A DNA stretch of 51,148 nucleotides from positions 1 through 51,148 of the forward strand of contig MFVF01000030.1 of the NCBI GenBank assembly GCA_001785965.1, read 5' to 3'. Each line of letters begins with the position of its first letter. The stretch's first letter is position 1. Positions 36,101 to 44,872 of this stretch are shown here, one piece after another. The stretch comes from Candidatus Nomurabacteria bacterium RIFCSPLOWO2_01_FULL_42_20 (GTDB taxonomy: Bacteria > Patescibacteriota > Minisyncoccia > Phycocordibacterales > CAZVEC01). The position numbers and the translations under genes are program-made. Under the pieces are notes generated by a model. The model was not told the origin of the DNA and ran no database searches. It saw only the letters and a list, made by a program, of their open reading frames with translations.

Positions 36101-38927
36101 AATGATAGCCATAAAAGACACTGAAGATCTTCAAATGATCCAATATGCCTTGTCATGCCATGCTTATTGGAAACACAAGGGCTTGAATATTGATATTGTT
36201 ATTTTTAATCAAGAACCCGCGAGTTATATAAAGTTTTTAGATGATGAAATAGACTTTCTTATCCGCCAAAAACGCATAGCGGAGGCCGATGGCAAGAAAA
36301 GTGCCGTATATCATGTTAAGTCCGATTTGATGACAAACGAAGAAAGAAAGGCGCTTCTCTTTGCCGCTAAAGTCATAATCGACAGTAAGACCGGCAGTTT
36401 TAAAAAGCAGGTTTCAAACTTCCTCTTTTCAAAAAATTTAAAATTTCCGGAAAAACTTTCAGCCCTTGCTCGTCATTCTAAAATTTCACCAAAAACAGCA
36501 TTAAGGGGGGCGCTGCCAAAAAATTTGCTTTTTACCAATAGTTTTGGCGGATTTGATGAGATAAATTCAGAATACGCAATGCATATTTCCAGCAATAATA
36601 TGCCGCCGGCTCCATGGACAAATATTATTTCAAATGAAAATTTTGGAACTATTATTACTGAGGCCGGTTCAGCGAATACATGGGCCGTCGATAGTTATGA
36701 TAATCGCATTACTTCATGGCAGAATGATTCTCTCGTATTCAAAAGTCCTGAAATTGTTTATATTCGCGATAAGGAAACGGGCGAAATATGGAATCCGACT
36801 CCGTTTCCGGTGCCTACGGACGAACCATTTATTGTCCGCCATGGAAAAGGCTACACCATATTTGAACATAATCATTCTGGCATTGAACACTCATTTGAGA
36901 TTTTTGTGCCCCGATCTGAAAAAATAAAGATATCTCGTCTTAAAATTAAAAATAAAACAAAGATAAAAAGAAATCTATCCGTCACTTCGTATTTGGAAAC
37001 GGTAATGGGTATTAGTATTGACCCTAGTAATAGTCGGGATTTTTTGCAGTTTTCAAAAAACCGTGCTACCGGCGCTCTCTTGATTAGAAACATGTTTAGA
37101 AATAATTTTCACAATAGCATTGCTTTTGCAGATATAAATGGCGGCTCATATAAGGTTTCCACCAATAGGGAGGAATTTTTGGGCCGTTATGGCTCTTATA
37201 GTTCCCCTGAAGCTCTTAGTCGAGTTTCTCTTTCAGATGAGATTACCCATGGCTCCGAAGGGTGCGCGGTATTAGAGAGTGTTATCAAACTCGATCCGGA
37301 TGAGGAAAAAGAAATCATTATCATTCTTGGCGAAACCGAAAGCGAATCAGAAGTTGAGCGAATGATTATCAAGTATCGTTCAATAAAGAATGTTAAAGCA
37401 GAGCGAGAAAAAATTCGTTCATTTTGGTCATCCGTTTCATCAAAAATTCAGATTGAATCTCCCGACAAAAAGCTTGATATTATGTTTAATCAAAATCTTT
37501 TATATCAAGTGCTGTCGTCTCGCTTGATGGCAAAAACCGGATTTGACCAGCCGGGCGGCGCCTATGGTTTCAGAGACCAGCTTCAAGATATTATTTCTTT
37601 GGTTTGGTCGAATCCAGGGCGTGTCCGATCATTTATTCTGAAAGCCGCGATGCATCAATTTAAAGAAGGAGACGCGATGAATTGGTGGCACGACCATAAT
37701 AATTTTGGAATTCGAAACGTGCTTTCCGACCATCAGTTATGGCTTGTATATGCGATTACTGAATATATTTCTATCACAGGAGACAAAGATATTCTTGATG
37801 AATTAATCCCATATCTTGAAGGACACGATGTTAATTTCACTTATCAAAGGGAATGGGCGGGCATCCCGGATCTTTCTAATGAAAAAGACACTCTGTATGA
37901 GCACTCTATCAGAGCGCTTGAAAAAAGCCTGGTTTTTGGAAAACACAATCTGCCTCTTATAGGAATGAGTGACTGGAATGACGGTCTTTCAAGAGTGGGG
38001 ATTTTGGGCAAAGGTGAAAGTGTTTGGTTAGGGTGGTTTCTTATTTATCTTCTGGAAAAAATTATTCCTTACGTGGAAGAAAGAAATGACACTCTGCGTC
38101 TTTCTCGCTACAAGCTCGCAATAGACAATCTTGTGAAAGCCCTTGATAAAAACGCCTGGGATGGGAGGTGGTATAAAAGAGCTTTCCTCGACAATGGTGT
38201 CGCTCTTGGCTCGCACAAACTGAAGGAATTTAAAATAGATTCTCTTTCGCAATCTTGGTCAGTCTTATCAAAAAAAGGCAATCCCGAAAAAGTTTCAAAA
38301 GCTATTCATTCAGGGCTCTCGTATCTGTATAATGGAAAAAGCATGAAGATTATCGCGCCGCCGCTCAAAATGTCTTTATTTGATCCGGGTTATATAAAAG
38401 ATTATCCGCCCGGTGTTCGCGAAAACGGCTCGCAGTATAATCACGCGGCGCTTTTTATGGCTCAAGCCCTTTTTATTCTGGGCGAATCAGATACCGCGAA
38501 AAAGATTATTGATTTAGTAAATCCGATTACCCACTCTGATTCCCATAAAAAAGCTTTAGTCTATCGTGCCCAACCAAATGTCGTCGCTTCAGATATTTAT
38601 ACCAATCCTTCATTTGAAGGCAGGGGCGGATGGACTTGGTATACGGGTTCCGCGGCTACAATGTATAAAACTATTATTCAGTTTATGTTTGGTTTTAATA
38701 AAAAAGGGGATTCTCTTTCTTTCAGCCCTTCTTTACCTTCAGACTGGACTTCGTGCGCCATCACATATCATTATGGAAATTCTTTGTATCATATAAATAT
38801 TGAAAAGCCGGCCGGCATCCACAATACTGTTATGGAAGTGTATGAAAATAACGTAAAAATAAAAGATAAAACAATCAAGCTCGTTGATGACAGTCAAGAA
38901 CATTTTATTAAAGTTGTTCTATCCTAG
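30198..38927 (+). CDS. ndvB: Cyclic beta-1,2-glucan synthase/phosphorylase (GT84 + GH94; NdvB/ChvB/Cgs-like)
   Basis: WERKRGKL, SHDLLEG, RWIRGDWQ, TSPTNIG, GGAYGFRDQLQD, DWNDG, PGVRENG, GGWTWYTGSA; 2909 aa. Confidence 0.9.
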   Translation: MSISKTSSIADILKKKTSLSSNPDIALKYLKKFKLKARNVRALYGELMALCSGLRHITHEIESIIDNFFAVEAAIFEIENHIKKSDFKNLPLIAAEKNKYAPRLHFILSGLLKENSQIIDREILESFLVSYQKHSPLSIRELYAIPLLLQVVLVEHFGKLIEQSIKFLREYREADITYQNIKDQVNKASFSEFSKITSDLGSKYPLIPLSFGLHLYQKLSQEGSVMRPVIKWIKLNLDKQGINLKNLGEIESRLKSEDFNTISHIIESLHWIAQTRWDDIVQEINVVDTILSRDPAGIYSKMDIESAMEYRKAIVRIAERAAIHEAEVAKIAVRLASSNDASLSMAKKHVGYYLVDKGIIELEKKIGYRLSWKDVLYRFIVKNNQEFYFSSAFGINIVLTLGLGFIFWNYNASLLSASLFMVVVFLLNTEITLNILNVIITRFLPVRKLPKLDLLSVVSEKQRTFVVVPSMFHGVETVHNLIRKLEVCYLGNPQENILYALLLDFKDASSETMPEDDALIKATQEGVDNLNARYSQNGQKFFILYRKRIWNEKEGAYMGWERKRGKLREFNMLLRGARETSYMNGDVLRNIGHISYVITLDEDTELPKDAASGLIGTIDHPLNRPVLSLSGDRVERGYGIIQPRIGIRLALASKSIFSRLFSSVSGIDSYSSAVSDVYYDLFDNSLFFGKGIYDIDAVEKVMDGKIPDNLILSHDLLEGLYTRVGFASTIVLFDGFPNFYHEFMIRLDRWIRGDWQIIGWIKRKYHPKGAREPTLHFSFIDRWKIIDNLRRSLIPVFSIMIIAYGIFSAMPLGQISIYAVFVFGAPFLAALASDLFSLKKVPFSVRFYDTLRQIKLTFLHIILRAAIILHQAIVSITAIFRAIINLIIKKNLLRWHSFSDVSKKLSGKLLGYYQTMWTTQFVSIFLAILAYFFAPINNFLYFWLIFWLLSPLVGYFISLPRNKKKILNPKDTRMLRSIAYRTSHFFTDFSHKENNWLAQDNYQEYPKIIGISHPATSPTNIGMLFTSLFSSYEFGFIPLDHYIDKTRRAFASVSKLDRFKGHLYNWYDITKLQSLHPKYVSSIDSANFVVALITVRQGLKSIAQKPLVSSSVIRGVEDALYVLDEEVERVMNRNSFSKISRKILRAIRLKVKVVYKMVNTFNEPETISEAYLFLSKVYEHIGRIEKSITSLKAHTHSSELSFLFAYGERLMNLVETHLRFIRYIFPHSTPLDTAIRSYVFRDIYLFAVYKDFIKCIQKIPTFYELATSYLDQAESLNFRKAIISSHLAPDTKKYILSWYDITVADIRRAQSRAREFLSDIEYCENECARFIDEPDFTFFYNKERGLFHIGYNAAFGKIDSATYNFLASESNSISFVSILKNQISSKNWFYLGRKFIRSGQGIALVSWGGSLFEYLTPLLFFKTHPESLLGKTALTAIRTHQSDARREGTPWGMGESAYYAFDSVKHYQYQVFGSAKLGLKRGLSDHHVIAPYTSILALSVALRKAVDNIKNLISLGAKGNYGLYDAIDYMDERRVRISEPLPIKIYYAHHQGFVMLGLHNILLKNTIQEYFHNDPRVEALEILLEEKMPTSIDARFLSKPVRMSLAVASTSRDTGFESKRYIPAKIRIPRYALISNGSYSIGISNSGAGWSNYKGVSLTRSRHDGIIEEYGSYIFVKDEKTGMVWSPTIHPLSREAQKQKIIFFENKAEFFSSMGNIASRLEVTVDPQNPVEVRQLTMTNNGSERVKLQVASYGEVSLALNLQDVQHPKYHKLLVASEFLEEYDTLIYSRPHPEDRLKKIYFSHTLVQGVFEKAPIFPCVEREKFIGQYGSLSEPIIFNSNITDSGVKEYSLDPIFSLRHTIDLKAGESVHFSFVNCASESREELIRLIKQYKKPRMLANLFARAEKESAMTTKKLNITQEMAVVYQELASVVLGGKMQTTVSHAPETRLPYIHFLWHHGISGNNPLVMIAIKDTEDLQMIQYALSCHAYWKHKGLNIDIVIFNQEPASYIKFLDDEIDFLIRQKRIAEADGKKSAVYHVKSDLMTNEERKALLFAAKVIIDSKTGSFKKQVSNFLFSKNLKFPEKLSALARHSKISPKTALRGALPKNLLFTNSFGGFDEINSEYAMHISSNNMPPAPWTNIISNENFGTIITEAGSANTWAVDSYDNRITSWQNDSLVFKSPEIVYIRDKETGEIWNPTPFPVPTDEPFIVRHGKGYTIFEHNHSGIEHSFEIFVPRSEKIKISRLKIKNKTKIKRNLSVTSYLETVMGISIDPSNSRDFLQFSKNRATGALLIRNMFRNNFHNSIAFADINGGSYKVSTNREEFLGRYGSYSSPEALSRVSLSDEITHGSEGCAVLESVIKLDPDEEKEIIIILGETESESEVERMIIKYRSIKNVKAEREKIRSFWSSVSSKIQIESPDKKLDIMFNQNLLYQVLSSRLMAKTGFDQPGGAYGFRDQLQDIISLVWSNPGRVRSFILKAAMHQFKEGDAMNWWHDHNNFGIRNVLSDHQLWLVYAITEYISITGDKDILDELIPYLEGHDVNFTYQREWAGIPDLSNEKDTLYEHSIRALEKSLVFGKHNLPLIGMSDWNDGLSRVGILGKGESVWLGWFLIYLLEKIIPYVEERNDTLRLSRYKLAIDNLVKALDKNAWDGRWYKRAFLDNGVALGSHKLKEFKIDSLSQSWSVLSKKGNPEKVSKAIHSGLSYLYNGKSMKIIAPPLKMSLFDPGYIKDYPPGVRENGSQYNHAALFMAQALFILGESDTAKKIIDLVNPITHSDSHKKALVYRAQPNVVASDIYTNPSFEGRGGWTWYTGSAATMYKTIIQFMFGFNKKGDSLSFSPSLPSDWTSCAITYHYGNSLYHINIEKPAGIHNTVMEVYENNVKIKDKTIKLVDDSQEHFIKVVLS

Positions 38928-39009
38928 TTTATTATAGTCTCTTACGGTTCGGGTCCGATTCACAGCAGCCCGATAAAAAGATATAATAATTAGAGAGAAA
39001 CATGTATAG

Positions 39010-39822
39010 ATGAAAAACAAACCATTAAAAGATTTAAAACAGGAGTTTATTCGCCAAAATATTAAGGCCGTTACTTTTGATATTGACGGCGTGATTATCC
39101 CGGTTGGAACTTTCTTGCGCGAAAATATTGATGGAACGGAACTGACTATCAAAACGCATAAATTAAGCGCGAAAATGCTTGAAATGATTCTTGAGCTTAA
39201 AAAACATTTCTGGGTTAATTTTTCAAGCGGGCGATCGCTCTTGTATTTGCAAAGCATGCTTAATGACATTTTGTGGGACAGGGTATCATTAACCGCCGAG
39301 AATGGTAATTTTATTTTAATGAACGGCGAAGTCAGGCAATTGGCTAAATACGACCAAAATTATTTTCAAAAATTAACTAATATCAGGAATGATTTAAAAA
39401 AGCTAAAAGCAAAGAAGCCGGAGATGGTTTACGGCTTTGAGCCGAAGCATGTCATTCTCACCGTTCATACGGCAAGCCAAATGCCTGAAGTGAAAGAAAT
39501 TGTAAAAAAGCATGACAAGGAAAAAGAACTTTATTGCCTCTGGACGAGCGAAGGATATGACATTGGACACAAGAAAACAAACAAAAATACCGCTCTCCAA
39601 TATCTGGTTAAAAAATTAAAAATCAAACCAAAGCAGATGATTACAACCGGCAATAATCAAAACGACAAGGAAATGCTTGACTTTGGAATTGGCGTCAGTG
39701 TTGATCCGGCACAAGTAAGCGCGCCGTATGCCATCCAAAAGAAAGAAGGCGAGCTCGGCGGAGAAATCCTCGCTGAATATCTTCTCTCTGCAAAGAAGAA
39801 ATATAGAAAACATATGTACTAG
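39010..39822 (+). CDS. HAD-IIB (Cof-like) hydrolase
   Basis: FDIDGV, SSGR, AENG, NK, GNNQND. Confidence 0.82.
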   Translation: MKNKPLKDLKQEFIRQNIKAVTFDIDGVIIPVGTFLRENIDGTELTIKTHKLSAKMLEMILELKKHFWVNFSSGRSLLYLQSMLNDILWDRVSLTAENGNFILMNGEVRQLAKYDQNYFQKLTNIRNDLKKLKAKKPEMVYGFEPKHVILTVHTASQMPEVKEIVKKHDKEKELYCLWTSEGYDIGHKKTNKNTALQYLVKKLKIKPKQMITTGNNQNDKEMLDFGIGVSVDPAQVSAPYAIQKKEGELGGEILAEYLLSAKKKYRKHMY

Positions 39823-39930
39823 AAGTGTTGCACTTACTTATTGAACTTGCGTTTTTTTGAATTGACATTTTTTATGGAATATGTTTATATATTTAGTAGA
39901 TGAACACAGAAAACCCTAAATTTTTTAGCC

Positions 39931-40989
39931 ATGAAAAACATAATATTGATCTTTGTATTCTTTACTTTGGGGTTTAATGCCAATGCACAAGAAGGTGATA
40001 CCTCGTGTGCTCCTGAAGTGCCGAGGTACAATTACTTCGGCAAGGGCAACACCAAAACTGACGGAAAACCCGGCAGGCTCGGCGGCTTTTATGAAGGAGC
40101 GGAAACAAGAATAAGCGACTATGAAAAGGGAAGATTGTCCGGGTATAAACAGGGCAATCTGACGCTTAAATTGGATTCGATTCTCTCGGTTGTCTTGGGG
40201 TATTACGGAATATCCTATAACGACGGCGCTAAAGAGCGCTTATCGGACAAGCTAAAATCTTTCAACCTCTCGGAAGATCAGCAAGAAGGCCTAACGCTTT
40301 TCATGGATTCTATCATTACGACACTCCTCGAATATCACGGGGTGCCGTATGAAAACGCCTCTTCGCTTGAAGATCGCTTAGCAGGTAAGCTAAAAGCTTA
40401 CCAGATCTACAAGTTCAATAAGGGAGTAGCTCTGACCAATAGGGGCCAGGGGTACGACCTTATTGTAGGACCTAAAACGAGAGAGGAACTGCTGAAGGAC
40501 AAAGACATTGTCTGCCGTGAAGAGATTGGAGAAAATGTTGCAAAAAGTAGCAGCGGTGACAATCTTGCCGAAGGTTGGGTTAAGATAACTCCCGAAAAGA
40601 AAGATAGCTTAATCAGAATCAGAAAAGACATCCGCTTCTTTTTTGTTCAATTTCTCTACGGATTCGGAGAGGTGCTGGATTCCCGCCGACTCGAATACAC
40701 CGAGGGCGCTATTGGATTTCGAATAGCGCATAATCTGTATCTTGGAGGAAGCGTGATGTACGAAAACGTACACTCGCGCGGAAAAGAAATAAGGTACGGA
40801 GCGATGCTGGTCTATGATTTTAGAGGTCGCAACACTCTTCCGATCACCTTCGGATACCAAATTAGCTTCGGGGAAATTGTTTACCACTCTGTTGTTGCCT
40901 CGGCTGAAATAGTGAGGCACATCGGCATAGTGGGTAAATACAACTTTAACAATCCCTCCATGGGCATCGGAGTCAGGATAACCCTATAG
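39931..40989 (+). CDS. Hypothetical secreted protein with internal repeat and beta-strand-rich C-terminus
   Basis: Signal peptide ending ANA-Q; C-terminus GIGVRITL. Confidence 0.7.
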   Translation: MKNIILIFVFFTLGFNANAQEGDTSCAPEVPRYNYFGKGNTKTDGKPGRLGGFYEGAETRISDYEKGRLSGYKQGNLTLKLDSILSVVLGYYGISYNDGAKERLSDKLKSFNLSEDQQEGLTLFMDSIITTLLEYHGVPYENASSLEDRLAGKLKAYQIYKFNKGVALTNRGQGYDLIVGPKTREELLKDKDIVCREEIGENVAKSSSGDNLAEGWVKITPEKKDSLIRIRKDIRFFFVQFLYGFGEVLDSRRLEYTEGAIGFRIAHNLYLGGSVMYENVHSRGKEIRYGAMLVYDFRGRNTLPITFGYQISFGEIVYHSVVASAEIVRHIGIVGKYNFNNPSMGIGVRITL

Positions 40990-41020
40990 CCATCGACACA
41001 TTTGTTTGATGGCTTTTTTT
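40988..41020 (+). terminator. Rho-independent terminator
   Basis: AGCCATC..GATGGCT followed by T-tract. Confidence 0.7.
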
Positions 41021-41034
41021 ATATCCGTGCGATT

Positions 41035-41316
41035 TCACCCGAATAATTTTTTTAATTCAATTTTAGCTTCTTCAAGAATTCTTTTTCGCTCTGCCAGCAG
41101 GTTTTTGCCGGCCCGGTTGATGTAGAAGTTAAGCATGGACATGGCTGATTGATAGGGATTTGCTTTGCGGCGGGAACTTTCCTCTGCCGATTGTTTGAGC
41201 GATAAGGCGATTTTTCTCGGGTCATTCCATGTAAATACTCCCTTTTCCAGATCAAGGGCATTGCTTTCTTTCGTTACTCGGCCGGACCAGTATTTTGACA
41301 ATTTCTTTTTTGCCAT
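41035..41316 (-). CDS. DUF3175 family protein
   Basis: WSGRVT.ESNALDLE.GVF, SAMSMLNFYINRAGKNL. Confidence 0.85.
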   Translation of the reverse strand: MAKKKLSKYWSGRVTKESNALDLEKGVFTWNDPRKIALSLKQSAEESSRRKANPYQSAMSMLNFYINRAGKNLLAERKRILEEAKIELKKLFG

Positions 41317-41336
41317 ATAATAATAAATGATAACAT

Positions 41337-41960
41337 ATGGAAGTAGAGATAAAAATAAATGACGAGGGCATTAAAGGCATATTGGAAGTGCCGAAAGAAG
41401 CCAAGGGAATCGTGATTTTCTCCCACGGTTCGGGCAGCGGCCGACTCTCTCCGCGGAATAACTTCGTGGCTAAAGTTTTGCAAAAAGCCGGCATCGCCAC
41501 TCTTCTGATTGACCTCCTGACGCCCGAAGAAGAGCTTGATCGGAGAAATGTTTTTGATATTCCCTTACTCACAGAACGGCTTAAATTGGCGACTGAGTTT
41601 ATTCAAAAAAAACCACTTACGAAAAAATTTGCTATTGGATATTTCGGCGCCTCAACCGGCGCCGCCTCGGCCCTCCGAGCCTCGGCCGCACTGGGCAGTC
41701 AAATCAAAGCCGTTGTTTCTCGCGGCGGCCGGCCGGATATGGCCATGGAGGATTTGCCTCAAGTGAAAAGCCCCACTCTTCTTATTGTCGGCAGTTTGGA
41801 TGACGTGGTCATCGGACTTAACAGGGAAGCTTACGAAAAATTAAATTGTGAAAAAGAATTGAAAATAATTCCCGGCGCGAGCCACCTTTTTGAAGAACCG
41901 GGCAAATTGGAAGAAGTGGCCAATCTTGCCGCAGAGTGGTTTTTGAAATACCTGGGATAA
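41337..41960 (+). CDS. Alpha/beta (dienelactone hydrolase-like) protein
   Basis: HGSGSGRLSPRN, GYFGASTG, SRGGRPD, SHLFEE. Confidence 0.88.
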   Translation: MEVEIKINDEGIKGILEVPKEAKGIVIFSHGSGSGRLSPRNNFVAKVLQKAGIATLLIDLLTPEEELDRRNVFDIPLLTERLKLATEFIQKKPLTKKFAIGYFGASTGAASALRASAALGSQIKAVVSRGGRPDMAMEDLPQVKSPTLLIVGSLDDVVIGLNREAYEKLNCEKELKIIPGASHLFEEPGKLEEVANLAAEWFLKYLG

Positions 41961-42148
41961 ATAAATTTTTTTAAAAAATCCTAAAATCTCTGGTTGAAAA
42001 AAGTCCTTGAAAATTAGGACAAAATTATTGAGAAAATATCTTGAATATGTTATTTTATTTAGATAGGGGGTGAACATAAATAATGTGCTATAATACGCGA
42101 AGCGGGTTTCCCTGTGGTCTTGCCACGGGAACATTGTAGAATAAAACT

Positions 42149-42622
42149 ATGACAAAATTTGAAAAAATATCTTTGTTTTTGCTCCGAGTCGGTTTAGGCT
42201 GGTTTTTCTTTTATGCTGGCATTACTAAAGTTTTAGACCCGAGCTGGTCAGCGGCGGGGTATCTTCAAAACGCCAAAACTTTTTCCGGCTTCTTTGCCTG
42301 GTTCGCCAGCCCGGGTATTTTGCCGGTCACTAATTTTCTGAACGAATGGGGGCTGACCATTCTTGGCGCTTCGCTTATTTTGGGAATTTTCGTACGATTT
42401 TCTTCCGGCCTTGGAATTATTTTGATGCTTCTTTATTATTTTTCCGGCGCCGAGTTTCCATTTGTTGAACACGGATTTTTGGTTGACGATCATATTATCT
42501 ACGCTCTCATTCTTCTTTACTTTGCCGCGATCCGCGCCGGCCGCGTTTACGGCCTTGAAAACTGGTGTTCCAATTTGCCGATCTGTTCTCGTTTCCCCAA
42601 ATTGCGAAATTGGCTAGGCTAG
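42149..42622 (+). CDS. DoxX/DoxD family membrane protein
   Basis: LRVGLGWFFFYAGITK, WSAAGYL, VDDHIIY. Confidence 0.82.
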   Translation: MTKFEKISLFLLRVGLGWFFFYAGITKVLDPSWSAAGYLQNAKTFSGFFAWFASPGILPVTNFLNEWGLTILGASLILGIFVRFSSGLGIILMLLYYFSGAEFPFVEHGFLVDDHIIYALILLYFAAIRAGRVYGLENWCSNLPICSRFPKLRNWLG

Positions 42623-42810
42623 ATTATTAATCTGTATTAATTATATTGATGAAAAAAATTATACGGCTAGCCTCTTACGGGTTCTTGCATGTACTTACAT
42701 TATCGCTTGGCCTGTCACTTGGTTTTGCAATAAGTTTTGATATTCAAGGAGGCCAATTTGCCCAAGCAAAAAACTTGTCGCCGCGACGAGTTTATGGCGA
42801 ATTAGTTAAA

Positions 42811-43158
42811 TTAATTCAAGCCTTTTTTAATTCTCAAAAGAATTTCTTTTAACTCTGGTAAGTCCTTTTTTATAGTATCCCAAACAACCTTTTCATCAAT
42901 GCCCCAATACTCATGCACTAACATATTCCGCATGTCCATAATTTCTTTCCATTCGACTTTAGGATATTTCTCACGAACTTGTTCATAAATATTCTTGATT
43001 GCTTCCCCGATAATAATAAAATTCATCATCACTGCCTCATAAGTTTTTTTATCGTTTTTTAATTCGCCACCATCTTTATGAACTAAAACATAGCTATTAA
43101 TTTTATCTATAGCGTCAAAAATGTCTTCAATGTATAAATTTACATCTCTTTCGATCAT
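42811..43158 (-). CDS. HEPN (DUF86/HepT-like) RNase toxin
   Basis: IIGEA, RNMLVHEY (RX4HXY). Confidence 0.9.
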   Translation of the reverse strand: MIERDVNLYIEDIFDAIDKINSYVLVHKDGGELKNDKKTYEAVMMNFIIIGEAIKNIYEQVREKYPKVEWKEIMDMRNMLVHEYWGIDEKVVWDTIKKDLPELKEILLRIKKGLN

Positions 43159-43451
43159 ACAATCTCTAGCTGACTTAAAATTTTATCGCGAATAAGTGGC
43201 TTAATTCCACTTTTAGTAACAAGATCAACTTCTCGTCCTAATAAATCTTTTAAATAAAATTTAAGACGGGCAAACTCAAAAAGACCTACTGGAACTTTGT
43301 GACTTAATTCAACAGCAATATCAATGTCGCTATCCGCGCCATGTTCGTCTCGGACAACTGAACCGAAAACGCCTATCTCTTCCACGCCGTAAGTTTCCTT
43401 AAGATAATCTTTCTTTTGAGCGATTTTTTCTTTGATTTCATTTAGATTCAT
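43155..43451 (-). CDS. Minimal nucleotidyltransferase (MNT) antitoxin
   Basis: FGSVVR..SDID (GSX10DXD), EVDLV; ATGA overlap with HEPN gene. Confidence 0.9.
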   Translation of the reverse strand: MNLNEIKEKIAQKKDYLKETYGVEEIGVFGSVVRDEHGADSDIDIAVELSHKVPVGLFEFARLKFYLKDLLGREVDLVTKSGIKPLIRDKILSQLEIV

Positions 43452-43523
43452 AAATTTAATATATCAAAAACAAGCCGAAAAAGCAAACTCCGTTGAATGT
43501 TGAAGTTAGGCTTCAACAGGAAG

Positions 43524-43616
43524 GTTTTACAGAAGCTAGACCAGTTTGACGAAGCGGCTATCCTCGATTTCATCAAATCAGCCAGAGGCAAGTCGCCGGA
43601 ACCCCTCGCGCCGTAA
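43524..43616 (+). pseudogene. C-terminal fragment of a second DUF3105 gene
   Basis: VLQKLDQFDEAAILDFIKSARGKSPEPLAP* versus RLQKFDQYDEEAIKSYIKANLNKSPEPLAM* (26949-27449). Confidence 0.8.
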
Positions 43617-43666
43617 AACTAGCAAGAATGATTTTTGTTAATTTCCACTCTGTGGATAATTTATCC

Positions 43667-43696
43667 TTGACACCATATACCCCCCTAGGGTATACT
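43667..43696 (+). promoter_or_regulatory. Sigma70 promoter with a CsoR-type operator in the spacer
   Basis: TTGACA-18-TATACT; ATACCCCCCTAGGGTAT (43677-43693) fits the TAC-C/G-tract-GTA CsoR operator pattern. Confidence 0.85.
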
Positions 43697-43703
43697 TAAT
43701 TGT

Positions 43704-43985
43704 ATGCATGCGCATCGCGATTCTAAGTATAAAAAACAACTCATCAGGCGGCTTTCCATCGCTTCCGGGCAGATTAAGGGGCTTATGAAGATGATTGAGG
43801 AAGACAAATACTGCATTGATATCTTGCATCAGTCGCTTGCCGTCAAGCAGGCTCTTTCGGGTTGTGAAGATTTGATTTTGGAAAATCATCTCTCCACTCA
43901 CGTCATTGAGCAGATAAAATCAGGAAAGGAATCAAAATCAACCAAAGAAATTTTGGATATTTATAAGTTGTCAAAAAGAAAATAA
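43704..43985 (+). CDS. CsoR/RcnR family metal-sensing repressor
   Basis: RL.IASGQI.G..KMIEEDKYCIDIL.Q..AV..AL, HLSTH. Confidence 0.92.
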   Translation: MHAHRDSKYKKQLIRRLSIASGQIKGLMKMIEEDKYCIDILHQSLAVKQALSGCEDLILENHLSTHVIEQIKSGKESKSTKEILDIYKLSKRK

Positions 43986-43987
43986 TA

Positions 43988-44872
43988 ATGGAACTTCTTT
44001 TAAGCGCATCAATAATAGCCGCATTTATCGCTGGAGTAGCCGCTCTTTTTGCGCCATGCTGCATTACCGTGCTTTTGCCGTCGTATTTTGCTTCTATTTT
44101 CCGCGAAAAGCGCAAAGTTTTTTTAATGACTTTTATTTTCTTTCTGGGAATTCTGGCGGTTTTCCTGCCGATTGGATTGGGGGCGGCGACGCTCGGAAAG
44201 TTCTTCAGCCAATATCACAATATTATTTTCGGCATCGGCGGCACATTTCTCGCTATTCTCGGAATCATTCTTCTCACTGGCATTCATTTTTCTTTGCCAA
44301 TGAGAGCAAGCCCCGCTCTCAAAAATCATAATGCGGTTTCCGTGTTTGTATTGGGCGTATTTTCAGCGATTGCCACGACCTGTTGCGCGCCGGTGCTGGC
44401 CGGAGTGCTCGCCCTCTCCGCGCTTCCCGGGTCAATATTCTGGGGCGGTATCTATACTCTGGCTTATGTCTTCGGGATGGTCGCGCCATTGTTCTTGATC
44501 TCGCTTTTCCTTGATAAGGTCAACTTCGAACAAAAATTCCAAAAGACTTTTAGCAGACCGATCCGATACCGATTGCTTGGCAAGGAAGTCAGCATTGCTG
44601 TTTCTGAAGCGGTTTCAGGCGTTACTTTTCTGGCTATGGGCGTTTTGATTCTTTATTTCGCCCTTACTAATAAGCTCTTTATGCAAGCCGGAGGTTATCA
44701 GACAGACATCAATATTTTTCTTACTAAAATTCTGCAATCCATAAACGGCTTTATAAAAATTGTTCCCGAATATGTCTGGGCGATTATCCTTATTGTATTA
44801 GTAGTATTAATAGTTAAGTGGTCGATTAAACAATTTATTAGAGAAAATAAGAATAATAAAAATTATGAATAA
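43988..44872 (+). CDS. CcdA-like membrane protein
   Basis: FAPCCITVLLPSY, TTCCAPVL. Confidence 0.8.
   Translation: MELLLSASIIAAFIAGVAALFAPCCITVLLPSYFASIFREKRKVFLMTFIFFLGILAVFLPIGLGAATLGKFFSQYHNIIFGIGGTFLAILGIILLTGIHFSLPMRASPALKNHNAVSVFVLGVFSAIATTCCAPVLAGVLALSALPGSIFWGGIYTLAYVFGMVAPLFLISLFLDKVNFEQKFQKTFSRPIRYRLLGKEVSIAVSEAVSGVTFLAMGVLILYFALTNKLFMQAGGYQTDINIFLTKILQSINGFIKIVPEYVWAIILIVLVVLIVKWSIKQFIRENKNNKNYE

Noticed and set aside
43651..43659. Perfect DnaA box as oriC
   Set aside because: Single box, with no cluster and no dnaA/dnaN nearby.
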